The notes beneath the pieces were generated by a model. That model saw only the letters and a list, made by a program, of their open reading frames with translations, did not search any database and was not told the origin of the DNA. Shown here in pieces: positions 55,340 through 64,000 of a DNA stretch of 64,000 nucleotides. The translations under genes were made by a program, and so were the position numbers. This DNA comes from Candidatus Eiseniibacteriota bacterium (GTDB lineage Bacteria > Eisenbacteria > RBG-16-71-46 > DASYSL01). Position 1 is the first letter of the stretch, and each line of letters opens with the position of its first letter. Location of the stretch: contig JANPEF010000061.1 in assembly GCA_031431875.1 (NCBI GenBank), forward strand, positions 32,001 to 96,000, read 5' to 3'.

Positions 55340-58300
55340 ATGAGAAAGGCGTTTATCGCAGTATTGCTCCTCGCCATCGGCGCCACCACGGCGTCGGCGG
55401 CAGTCGAGAGCACCTCGTCGGATCCCGAAATCGTCCGGGCTCTGCGTGGCGGCTCGTCGGCTGGTGGGAGCGCGTTCGGTACGGCCAACTCGAATTGCGT
55501 TGCCGCTTCGTGCGACACCGTGTGGGTCGGTCACAGCAACGCCGGTCCGGGCGGTGCATTCCTCGGCGTGTCGATCGGCGGCGTCTGGAACTTCGACGAC
55601 GGCATCGCCGGCACGGATTCGACGCAGGGCTGGCGGCGCTGGTCCATGCACTATCGTTCGGGTGGCACCCGTCCGGCCGCGGCGCGTCCGGAATGGGCCC
55701 TCGACTATGGCAACCAGATCAACGAGGGCAACACCGCCCTGTGGGCCGCGCGTGTCGGTGCGGGCCGCAAGTTCATCAAGACCGGCGTCGCGGGTGCGTG
55801 GCACTCGGACACGATGGTCGGCGTCAAGACCAACATCGCCAACGGTGCTGAGCCGTCGGCGCTCCCGATCGCGGGTCTGCGTTCGGCGTGGTGCGGTCTG
55901 CGTGAGTCGGGTAACACCGTCGCGCAGGACGCCTTGACGGGGAACTACCTGAACGGCGATCTGCACACCGATCAGGGCAACGACCCGCTCACCACGCTGT
56001 CCGAGCTCCCGGGCTTCGCCAATCTCTGGGACCAGATGCTGTACAAGGACTTCGCGTCCTCGGGCAGCGGCACGGTCGCCTTCCGTCTCGCCACCGACAT
56101 GTCGAACTTCGTCGACACGGTGTCGAACGGCTCGGGTTGGTTCAATCCGGATCCGACCAACATCGCGAACTTCGTCAACAACCCCGCGGACTCGTTCATG
56201 GTCTACGTCGGCTCGCCCAACGAGACGGCCTACGACACGAACCGCCGCTGGTTCTCCGAAGTCCTCGACCTGGGCAGCCCGCACCAGCAGCTGTTCAAGG
56301 TGTCGGGCAAGTTTCCGTTCGTCCAGGCCGATACGGCGCTGTCGGTTCCCTACGCCGGCATCACCACCGTGGGCGGCAACGTGCGTGTCGTGTTCCGCGT
56401 CAAGACCAACCGCGTTCGCGGTGACGTCACGACCGGCACGGCGACCGGCTTCAACTCGAAGGCCGGTGCCGCACTCCTCGACGAGGTTTCCGTCAACGGC
56501 GGCGCGGCTGAAGGCTTCGAGTCGGTCGGCCAGGTCACCGCGCGCAGCCTGATCGCGGACCTCGCGGTTGGCGGCGGTGCGTGGGCCACGACCGGCAAGC
56601 CGCCGGCCGTGTTCTTCCACATCGAGAACGTCGCGAACCTCCTCTACGAGGATCTCTGCGGCGCGGTTGGCGCTCCGACCCGTACCTGCAACCTCGCAGG
56701 CAACGTTCTGGTCGGCGGCAACCAGGATAACTCGAACCTGCTCGAGATCGAGCACTTCCAGATCGCCTTCTCGCCCACCGTGGACCTCGCGGTCCGCTCG
56801 GCGGCGCCCGGCACCAAGAACACGCAGGGCATCGACAAGGAGACGGCCCAGCGCACCTCGGCCATGCTCGAGTTCGATTTCTACTCGGGCAACATGGACC
56901 TGGATGAGTCGATCTTCTATCGATATGCGGCCCGCGCCTACGCCCCTGCGACCTACAAGCAGCCGATCTCGGCCAGGCCCGTGTGGTCGAATGCCAACCT
57001 GTTTCCGTTCATCATCTTCAACCCGGATCCGTTCTGCTACCGCGACTTCCAGACGCTCGGCGTCATGGGGATTCCGGTCGGCAGCGTGGACTCGCTGAAG
57101 ATCGGCGTCGGCACGCACTCGTTCGGCTGGCGCTTCGGCGGTACGAACCTGGGCAACACGCGCGGCACGTACTTCGACAACCTCCGCCTCGGCCTGATCC
57201 GCGGTGGCGAGCTCCCGCCCCTGGCGCAGGAAGCGTGGAACAAGCTCCAGGATCAGTTCCCGTGGAACGAAGCCATCACTCCCGGGGACAACGCCTCGTT
57301 CGACACCACGGCGGCACTCATGCGCTCGGGCCTCAACATCGTCGCCCCGGCCAATGCGGTTGGCGTCGTGGCCGGTGACACGATGGCGGCCAACTCGCCG
57401 TTCGTCGGTGACGGCATCGCGACCGGCGTTCGTCTCGACCTGATCTTCCGCATCGATCCGGGTCCGGGCAACTACGTGATCAAGGGCAACCGCGCCTCGG
57501 CGCTGGTCAACCGGGATCCGGCGCATCCGTTCTTCGCCAGCTACCTGGCGAACAACGGCACGTTCGGCACCCCGGGCGGCCACGGCGGCACGTGGAATCG
57601 TCACGTCTGGAACTCGGCTCGCATGGACTCGGCGGAAAACAACACGTACCCGATCAACTCGCGTGGCATCGGTAACCCGGGCACGCCGGTGTGGATGGGT
57701 GCGTTGCACGAGAGCGATCCGCGGTTCGTCGCCCTCGGCATCGACCACAGCGTCTGCTTCCTGGTCGATCCGAACGGCACCACCGACGAGAGCAACCTCG
57801 ACTGCTCGGGCACGCCGCCGATCGTCTACGGCGCGGTTTCGGGCACGACCAAGGAAGGTACGAAGATCATCCCCGACGGCTGGCTGACGCCGGGTTCGCA
57901 CGTCGAGTACTTCCTGCGCCGCTCCACGATCGAGGCGCCGGCGTCGTTCGCCATGCTGTATGACACGACCACCGTGTTCACGCAGGATCCGGCGGGCTTC
58001 ACCGACTCCGATGCCGACCGCTGGTCGTCGGCGGACGTCCTTCCTGACATGTGGAAGTCGGGCCGCTACGGCGGCGCCGGCCTCGCCTGCATGCTCATGA
58101 TCGACGGCAACGATCGCCGCGGTGCCGAGCGCGCTTACATGGGTGCTGCGGACTCTGCGGGCTACGGCAAGAACAACGGTGCCAAGAAGGGTTGGAAGGG
58201 TCTCGGCGCGGGTTCGGATCCGAACGATCCGGCCGGCTTCGTCGCCGCCAACCTCGGTCAGGCCGGCCTGAACTTCGATCTCTACGAGATCAAGGCGTCG

Positions 58301-59395
58301 GAGTCGGTCGAAGCCGGACACCCGGGTGTGCGCTTCGCCTCGAACACGGGCGGCATCGCGCTCAAGGGTGACAAGTCGGGTCCGTCGGCTCTCATGCTGG
58401 GCAACCTGTACTCGACCGTCCTGCACTTCGCCGGCGACCTGTCCGGCGGCACGGTTCATGACGGCTTCGACTCGCAGGAAGGCGCGGACGACATCGCGCT
58501 GTACGATGGCTTCCTCGCCGGCGCGACCGGTGCGAACCGTCGTGGCCTGTGGCTGTCGGGCGACGGCATCATGGAAGACGCGGCCATCAACTCGGATAAC
58601 GGTACGTTCCTGTATCCGTTCCTCACCGACGTGATGGGTTCGGACCTCCAGGCCGCGAACTACAAGGCCTACTCGGGCAGCAACGCGACGACGGTCGGCT
58701 TCCTGCCGTCGGCGGCGTGGGCGAACCCGGGCCGGGTCTATGGCATCAACCACCTGTGCACGATCCTCGCGGACGTGCTCCTGCCGGTCTCCACGGTTGA
58801 TGGTGCGGCCACCGCCGCCAACTATCAGGCGCTCGGAGCGGGTACGGAGTTCTCGTCGTCGGTCTATCGTCCGACCGGCACGACCCGCGAGTTCCGCACC
58901 CTGGTGGACGGCTTCGACCTGACCAACCTGCGTGGCGACTACGCGAACCTCGCGGCGATCGCAACCCAGTTGGGCACGGACAACGGCCGTATCGCCTGGT
59001 TCAACGATGTCGTGACGGGTCACTTCCAGATCTGCGCGCGCGTTGGCCCGGTGGTTTCGGTGGGTGATCAGCAGGGTGTGGATGCCGGCCGGTTCTCGAA
59101 CATGAACCTGGGCGCCTTCCCGAACCCGGCTTTCGCCGCCAAGAACGTGACCCTCCGCTTCACGCTCGCGAAGGCGCAGAACGTCACGGTCCGCATCTAC
59201 AACGTTGCGGGTCGCGAAGTCGCGAACTTCTCGAAGAACGTGGTCGAGGCGGGTCCGGTCAACATCGTGTGGGACGGCAAGCTCTCGAACGGTGCGAAGG
59301 CCACGCCTGGCGTGTACTTCTACCGTGTCGATGGCGTCGAGTTCGGTGGCGCTTCGGCCCCGAACAAGATGATCCTGCTCAGCAGCGCCGAGTAG
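55340..59395 (+). CDS. Large secreted protein (1351 aa) with C-terminal FlgD-Ig / T9SS-CTD-like domain
   Basis: GGAGGT RBS and signal peptide MRKAFIAVLLLAIGATTASA. The C-terminus is AFPNP...IYNVAGREV...WDG...PGVYFY...KMILL. Confidence 0.9.
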   Translation: MRKAFIAVLLLAIGATTASAAVESTSSDPEIVRALRGGSSAGGSAFGTANSNCVAASCDTVWVGHSNAGPGGAFLGVSIGGVWNFDDGIAGTDSTQGWRRWSMHYRSGGTRPAAARPEWALDYGNQINEGNTALWAARVGAGRKFIKTGVAGAWHSDTMVGVKTNIANGAEPSALPIAGLRSAWCGLRESGNTVAQDALTGNYLNGDLHTDQGNDPLTTLSELPGFANLWDQMLYKDFASSGSGTVAFRLATDMSNFVDTVSNGSGWFNPDPTNIANFVNNPADSFMVYVGSPNETAYDTNRRWFSEVLDLGSPHQQLFKVSGKFPFVQADTALSVPYAGITTVGGNVRVVFRVKTNRVRGDVTTGTATGFNSKAGAALLDEVSVNGGAAEGFESVGQVTARSLIADLAVGGGAWATTGKPPAVFFHIENVANLLYEDLCGAVGAPTRTCNLAGNVLVGGNQDNSNLLEIEHFQIAFSPTVDLAVRSAAPGTKNTQGIDKETAQRTSAMLEFDFYSGNMDLDESIFYRYAARAYAPATYKQPISARPVWSNANLFPFIIFNPDPFCYRDFQTLGVMGIPVGSVDSLKIGVGTHSFGWRFGGTNLGNTRGTYFDNLRLGLIRGGELPPLAQEAWNKLQDQFPWNEAITPGDNASFDTTAALMRSGLNIVAPANAVGVVAGDTMAANSPFVGDGIATGVRLDLIFRIDPGPGNYVIKGNRASALVNRDPAHPFFASYLANNGTFGTPGGHGGTWNRHVWNSARMDSAENNTYPINSRGIGNPGTPVWMGALHESDPRFVALGIDHSVCFLVDPNGTTDESNLDCSGTPPIVYGAVSGTTKEGTKIIPDGWLTPGSHVEYFLRRSTIEAPASFAMLYDTTTVFTQDPAGFTDSDADRWSSADVLPDMWKSGRYGGAGLACMLMIDGNDRRGAERAYMGAADSAGYGKNNGAKKGWKGLGAGSDPNDPAGFVAANLGQAGLNFDLYEIKASESVEAGHPGVRFASNTGGIALKGDKSGPSALMLGNLYSTVLHFAGDLSGGTVHDGFDSQEGADDIALYDGFLAGATGANRRGLWLSGDGIMEDAAINSDNGTFLYPFLTDVMGSDLQAANYKAYSGSNATTVGFLPSAAWANPGRVYGINHLCTILADVLLPVSTVDGAATAANYQALGAGTEFSSSVYRPTGTTREFRTLVDGFDLTNLRGDYANLAAIATQLGTDNGRIAWFNDVVTGHFQICARVGPVVSVGDQQGVDAGRFSNMNLGAFPNPAFAAKNVTLRFTLAKAQNVTVRIYNVAGREVANFSKNVVEAGPVNIVWDGKLSNGAKATPGVYFYRVDGVEFGGASAPNKMILLSSAE

Positions 59396-59415
59396 TTTCA
59401 GCCACACGCAGCACA

Positions 59416-59457
59416 CCCGGAGGCGGGGAGCGCAAGCTCCTCGCCTTCGGGCTTTTT
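59416..59457 (+). terminator. Rho-independent terminator
   Basis: CCCGGAGGCGGGGAGC-GCAA-GCTCCTCGCCTTCGGG (16-bp stem with G-U pairs, GNRA loop) followed by CTTTTT. Confidence 0.9.
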
Positions 59458-59652
59458 CGTGCCCAGGGCCGGTGCTCGGGTGTTCTTGCGCGCGCGGGTG
59501 AGGCGTGCACTGGGCCTTCGGTTCCAGGCGAGCTCGATGGGAGGCTTCGGGGGTGGGCCCTGGTTGCCCGGGAGGCCACCCCGACCCCGTCCCGAGATGC
59601 CCGGCGACCAAGGGCCAACCCCCGAAGTTTCTGCATCTTGCGAGCGGGCGGC

Positions 59653-59682
59653 TTGACACCGATTTGGGCCAATTGCTATGGT
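59653..59682 (+). promoter_or_regulatory. sigma70-type promoter of the lipoprotein operon
   Basis: TTGACA-N18-TATGGT with an extended -10 TG. Confidence 0.7.
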
Positions 59683-59728
59683 CCTGTCACCGGGAAACGG
59701 ATGATCAGGGTGTATCGGAGGACGCTGA

Positions 59729-61729
59729 ATGCGTTGGAGCACGGGGCTTTTTGTTGTCTTGATCGGTCTGGTCCTGGTCGTCGGAAGCGGCTGTCGTGAA
59801 ATCGCCACCGAAAATGCGGATCGCAATCGGGCTCCTGAGACCTACCTCTCGGGAGCGCCGGTGGATTCCATTGCCGGTGGCGGTCTGACCCGCGTCGCGC
59901 ATCGCTATCGGGCACACTGGTCGGGCGCCGATCTCGATGGTGAGGTCGTTGGATTCTACGTGGCCGTGACGGAAACCACCCTGGACGTGCAGACGGGCGT
60001 GCCGCTTCGCCTGCCGCCGCCGCGTCCGGAGGCCTACCGATTCACCACCGCACGGGACAGCCTGTTCACGTTCTCGGTGGTCGAGGGGCGTGGTTCCGAT
60101 CGCCAGCACGCGCTGTACGTGTACTCGGTCGACAATCAGGGTCGGGTGGATCCGACGCCGGCCGTGACGCACTTCGTCGCGCGCGACCAGAACCTGCCGA
60201 TCGTCCTCTTCACGCTCGCCGAAGCCACCGGCCAGGTCTTCGAGTCCGACGGCGCCGGGGGCGTGCGCCCCATCCAGTTCACCCGGGCGCTCACGGACAC
60301 GTTCGACGTGCCCCCCCACGCAGCGAGGGACACGATTCCCTCCGGTGCCGGCGTTCGCTTTGCCTGGCGCGGCTACGACAAGGACTTCGCCTCGTTCATC
60401 TCGGGCTACCTCTACAAGCTGACCGAGACGGAGTTCGTGCGCGTCGACTCCCTGGTCACCAGTGCCGAGTACGGCACCGGTTTCGGGCCCAATCCCGGGG
60501 TGCTGCCCATCGGCCTCAGCGGATTCCGCATCCGGGCGATCGACGAAGCCGGGGGCACCACGCAGCCCGATGCGCTGCGGCAGTTCTTCATCAACTTCAG
60601 CCCCGACACCTGGTTCGCGGGGCCGGATCCCGACGCTCTCGCCGGTCAGCTCCTGGTCGACGAACTGGGGTCCTACTTCCCGAACGACCCGGTCAACAAC
60701 TGGCCGCTGGACTTTCCGGGGAACCCTCTCGGTGCGGACACGCTCCAGACCCTGCCGGCCGAGCGCAAGGCGATGGATGGCCTGCCCGTTCCGGGCTTCC
60801 CACTGGATCGCGAGTTCCGCCCCAAGACGTTCGTCGAGGGCCGCTATCGCTTCGATCGCCAGCTTCGCTGGTACGTCCGGACCGAAGGCGACACCATTGC
60901 GTATGCCTCGCGCATCGTGGCCCGCTTCGGCGGCTTCGACCGCGACTCGCCCTACGCGGTGCTCGGCGGCACGCCGACGAATGAGTTCCCGGTCCTGCGC
61001 AGCGGGCCGCAGAACGGCTCGCCCGTGGCGTTTCGGGCGCTCGTATCGCTCGAGAAGGCCACCGGCGGCGCCGTCGCCGGCCTGGTCGCCACGCCGTTCC
61101 CGAACTTCGACCCGCTCGACCCGCTGAAGAACGAGGCCGTTCTGTACCAGGTCGAGCGAATGGAAGGTGCCGGTCGGGGCTTCCTCCTGCCGCGTGCCGT
61201 CGACGGCGATCGCACGGTGGACAGCCGGATCAGTGACCCGATCCGGGACGAGCCGAACCTGTCGCTGGCGCTCCGCTCCAAGCTCCTGGTCTTTCCGCTC
61301 AACTTCAACCCGGGCCTGGCGGCGATCTCGCCGGCAGCCGATTCGGTCCTCGACCCGCCGACCAACCGCTTCACCCTTTCGCTGCGGGCGACGGATCCGG
61401 ATCCCGATCCCCTCAATCCGCGGCCGCCGGGGTCCGACCCCGGCTTCGCCGTCATGTACCTGGCGATCCGCGCGCGCATCTACAGCGCGGACGACCCGCC
61501 CACAGCAAACCAGGGCTGGCAGGACCCGGTGTCCAACTTCTACTCGCCCGACACCGGGCCGTCGGGGGCGTTCCCGTATTCGTCGCCCATCACTCTCGAG
61601 CTGGATGTGCCGCTGACCCTTCCTCCGGGCCCGGCCATCATCGAGATCGAAGTCGTCGACAACCCGTCGCGGACCAATGGCCGCCTCGTGTTGGTGCAGG
61701 TTCCGATCTACTGGAGGGTCGGCCCATGA
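59729..61729 (+). CDS. Large lipoprotein with FN3/Ig-like repeats
   Basis: GGAGG RBS and lipobox GSGC. Repeats of W-x-G-x-D-x-D and (S/A)(V/I)D(N/E)xG. Confidence 0.8.
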   Translation: MRWSTGLFVVLIGLVLVVGSGCREIATENADRNRAPETYLSGAPVDSIAGGGLTRVAHRYRAHWSGADLDGEVVGFYVAVTETTLDVQTGVPLRLPPPRPEAYRFTTARDSLFTFSVVEGRGSDRQHALYVYSVDNQGRVDPTPAVTHFVARDQNLPIVLFTLAEATGQVFESDGAGGVRPIQFTRALTDTFDVPPHAARDTIPSGAGVRFAWRGYDKDFASFISGYLYKLTETEFVRVDSLVTSAEYGTGFGPNPGVLPIGLSGFRIRAIDEAGGTTQPDALRQFFINFSPDTWFAGPDPDALAGQLLVDELGSYFPNDPVNNWPLDFPGNPLGADTLQTLPAERKAMDGLPVPGFPLDREFRPKTFVEGRYRFDRQLRWYVRTEGDTIAYASRIVARFGGFDRDSPYAVLGGTPTNEFPVLRSGPQNGSPVAFRALVSLEKATGGAVAGLVATPFPNFDPLDPLKNEAVLYQVERMEGAGRGFLLPRAVDGDRTVDSRISDPIRDEPNLSLALRSKLLVFPLNFNPGLAAISPAADSVLDPPTNRFTLSLRATDPDPDPLNPRPPGSDPGFAVMYLAIRARIYSADDPPTANQGWQDPVSNFYSPDTGPSGAFPYSSPITLELDVPLTLPPGPAIIEIEVVDNPSRTNGRLVLVQVPIYWRVGP

Positions 61730-61776
61730 CCGGGGGCGCGGCACACCAGGTTTCTGCTCGTGGGGAGAATCGCATC

Positions 61777-64000
61777 ATGACTCGTCGTTTCTGGTCCGCT
61801 GCCGCGGCCTTCACCCTGGTCCTCGCCGTTCTGGCCGCGCTTGCGGGCTGCGGCAAGTCGGGCGAGGACTTCGTCGTCGAGAACATCCGCCCCGAGGTCG
61901 ACCTGTCCGCGGCCCCCGCCGCGAGTGACTCCGTCGCGTACGCGGTCCGGCTGAACTGGTTCGGATCCGACGCCGACGGGGTGGTCACCATGTTCGAGTA
62001 CGCGAACGATCCCCCGGCCGACGGCGACACCGCGTGGGTGAGCACCACGGCGAGCGAGACGACGATTCTCTACCCCTCGCGCGATCCGAACGACACTCCG
62101 CTGCCGCCGGTGGGCCGGATCATTCCGTCGAGCGACTACCACACGTTCGTGGTGCGCGCGGTCGACAACGAGGGCGCCCGTTCGGCGCCCATCAGCCGGT
62201 CGTTCACCTCGTACACGGTGGCCCCATCGACGACGATCAACACGCCGCGCCCGAACAACCAGCAGGCGGTCAGCACCACTCCGTCGATCACGATCCGCTG
62301 GACGGGCAATGATCCCGACGGCGTGCTCTCGCAGCGGCCGGTGAAGTACAAGTTCAAGATCGTCCCGGCGAGCGACATCGATCCGGCGAACCCCAACGGC
62401 GTCACGGCCGGACGGCTCCAGGAGTACTTCGGCGCGGACGCCGTCAACTTCTTCGCCACCTGGGACTCGGTGGCCGGGGACACGCTGAGCAAGTTCTACG
62501 AGGGGCTGACGCCGCAGACGGTCTACTACTTCGCGATCGTGGCCTTCGATGAGGCGGGGGCCTACGAGCCGCGCTTCAACCTGACGTCGAACGTCCTCCA
62601 GTTCCGGCCGACGCTCAACAAGCTCGGGCCGCGGATCACCGTGTTCAACGAGTTCTTCTCGCGCACGCAGAACACGGGCGGTATCTCGCTCGCCGAGTCG
62701 CGCATCATCAAGCTCGAGTTCCCCGCCGACGCGGCGGTGACGTTCAACTGGAGCGCGGAACCGCCGGTGGGCGCCCTCATCACGGGCTACCGCTGGTGCG
62801 TGGACATCGAGGGTCAGGACATCTCCAACGAGACGCCACGCGTGGATGACGACGACGTGAACCACTGGAGCACCTACTCGCTGAACGAGACCTCGGCCCG
62901 CGTCGGGCCGTTCTCCGCCTCGACCGACACCGCGTCGACGCACTATTTCTACCTCGAGGCACGCGACAACCTCGGGTTCGTCTCGCTGTACACGATCCGC
63001 CTCACCATTGTGAAGCCCAGCTTCGCCAATCCGTTGCTGGTCATCGACGACATGTACGGAACGGCCACCGAGCTCGCCGCTGGGCAGCCGGATGGCGGAA
63101 CCATCCGCGTCGTCGGGGCGTACCCCATGGAAGCCGAGCAGGACACGTTCTACTATGCGCGCGGCGGCGTCGAGGACGACTTCCTGCGCCGCTCGGGGTC
63201 GCCCGGCGTCCTGACCGAGCCCGGCTCCTTCGCCGAGTTCGCACCGGACACGGTCGATTACCGCCACTACAACATCAACGGCATGGACCTGCAGAAGATG
63301 TCCGAGTACCGCGTCGTCACCTGGTACACGGACAACACGTCGAGCTCGCGCAACGGCGACAAGTTCGGCAGCACGCAGCCGTCGACGGCGATCCGGCAGA
63401 TCAACTCGGTGAACCAGTTGAACACCCTGGCCGTCTACCTGCGGCAGGGCGGCAAGCTCTTCATGCTCGGTGAAGGGATGGTTCCTGCGATCGCCAACGG
63501 CTACTACAGCCGGATCGGGAATCCTCCCTCCCCGCCGTACAACGCGGGGGACAACCAGCGGACGGATGTCCTGTTCCCGGGCAACTTCCTGTACGACTTC
63601 GTGCACATGCGGTCGCAGCTCACGCTGGGGGGGGGCGCCAACACCTCGCTCACCACCAACTCGCAGTTGCGCGGCGCGATTCCGTTCCTCAACCGGTTCA
63701 AGGGTCCGGCGACGAACACCAATCGCTCGCTCGATCCGCGGATCTTCGGGTACCCGGGCGGGTCACGGATCACCCCCCCCGTGCCCCCGGACACGACCCC
63801 GGACACGTTGGTGGTGCCAGCGATTGGCGCCAACCGGACGGAGCAGAAGTGGGACGACCTGCCGTTGCTGAGCCTGGGTTTGTATCGCGGCGCCAACGCG
63901 AACGTCGCGCTGCGTTCCTTCAACAGCACGTGGGCGATCACGGAGGCGCTGCAGATCACCGACAATGCGCCGAACTTCTTCCCGGTGATGGACACGCTCT
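61777..64000 (+). CDS. Large lipoprotein with FN3/Ig-like repeats, 3'-truncated by the window edge (absent from the ORF track)
   Basis: GGAG RBS and MTRRFWSAAAAFTLVLAVLAALAGC lipobox. WFGSDADG, RAVDNEG, WTGNDPDG and AFDEAG motifs. No stop was seen in frame +1 to the window end. Confidence 0.85.
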   Translation, partial: MTRRFWSAAAAFTLVLAVLAALAGCGKSGEDFVVENIRPEVDLSAAPAASDSVAYAVRLNWFGSDADGVVTMFEYANDPPADGDTAWVSTTASETTILYPSRDPNDTPLPPVGRIIPSSDYHTFVVRAVDNEGARSAPISRSFTSYTVAPSTTINTPRPNNQQAVSTTPSITIRWTGNDPDGVLSQRPVKYKFKIVPASDIDPANPNGVTAGRLQEYFGADAVNFFATWDSVAGDTLSKFYEGLTPQTVYYFAIVAFDEAGAYEPRFNLTSNVLQFRPTLNKLGPRITVFNEFFSRTQNTGGISLAESRIIKLEFPADAAVTFNWSAEPPVGALITGYRWCVDIEGQDISNETPRVDDDDVNHWSTYSLNETSARVGPFSASTDTASTHYFYLEARDNLGFVSLYTIRLTIVKPSFANPLLVIDDMYGTATELAAGQPDGGTIRVVGAYPMEAEQDTFYYARGGVEDDFLRRSGSPGVLTEPGSFAEFAPDTVDYRHYNINGMDLQKMSEYRVVTWYTDNTSSSRNGDKFGSTQPSTAIRQINSVNQLNTLAVYLRQGGKLFMLGEGMVPAIANGYYSRIGNPPSPPYNAGDNQRTDVLFPGNFLYDFVHMRSQLTLGGGANTSLTTNSQLRGAIPFLNRFKGPATNTNRSLDPRIFGYPGGSRITPPVPPDTTPDTLVVPAIGANRTEQKWDDLPLLSLGLYRGANANVALRSFNSTWAITEALQITDNAPNFFPVMDTL

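Noticed and set aside
54410..59659. 1749-aa minus-strand ORF, and similar long ORFs at 3937-6723, 25430-28372 and 31578-34565
   Set aside because: These are shadow frames of well-supported genes. They are Arg-rich, carry no motifs and are expected from GC-rich codon bias.
1..64000. CRISPR arrays, tRNA/rRNA genes, prophage or defence systems
   Set aside because: No regularly spaced repeats, cloverleaf or rRNA signatures, or phage and defence motifs were seen by eye. A tRNAscan/Infernal run would be needed to exclude small RNAs.

Overview
This is a GC-rich bacterial window. Its FlgD-Ig C-terminal domains and C-terminal TWGxxKxxYR tails suggest an FCB-superphylum organism such as Candidatus Eisenbacteria (inference). 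It holds about 48 CDSs, mostly housekeeping or envelope genes. These are icd-pntAA-pntAB-pntB, two secreted amidohydrolases, M1, S9 and S41 peptidases, an ECF sigma/anti-sigma pair, nfeD-SPFH-cutA, two AmpG-like MFS genes, tsaD, a four-gene c-di-GMP/two-component operon, priA, ilvC, HU/IHF, ltaE, a degenerate nadE homolog, rsmI, PIP synthase-ino1, tmk, dusB, larB-larC, an ECF ATPase and a cluster of large exported proteins. No rRNA, tRNA or CRISPR array was seen. The most notable observations are as follows. (1) A complete IS110/IS1111-type element sits exactly at the stop codon of a TWG..YR-tail gene. Its 3' non-coding end has a two-loop, bridge-RNA-like structure with segments matching both the reconstructed target and the donor junction. 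(2) Two inverted, diverged ~107-nt rod hairpins at 49.35-49.66 kb share internal-loop sequences while their stems covary. (3) Four sigma54 promoters are present. Two of them drive c-di-GMP genes whose products are largely catalytically degenerate and end in Ala-Ala. (4) Two candidate C-terminal sorting signals occur on exported proteins.
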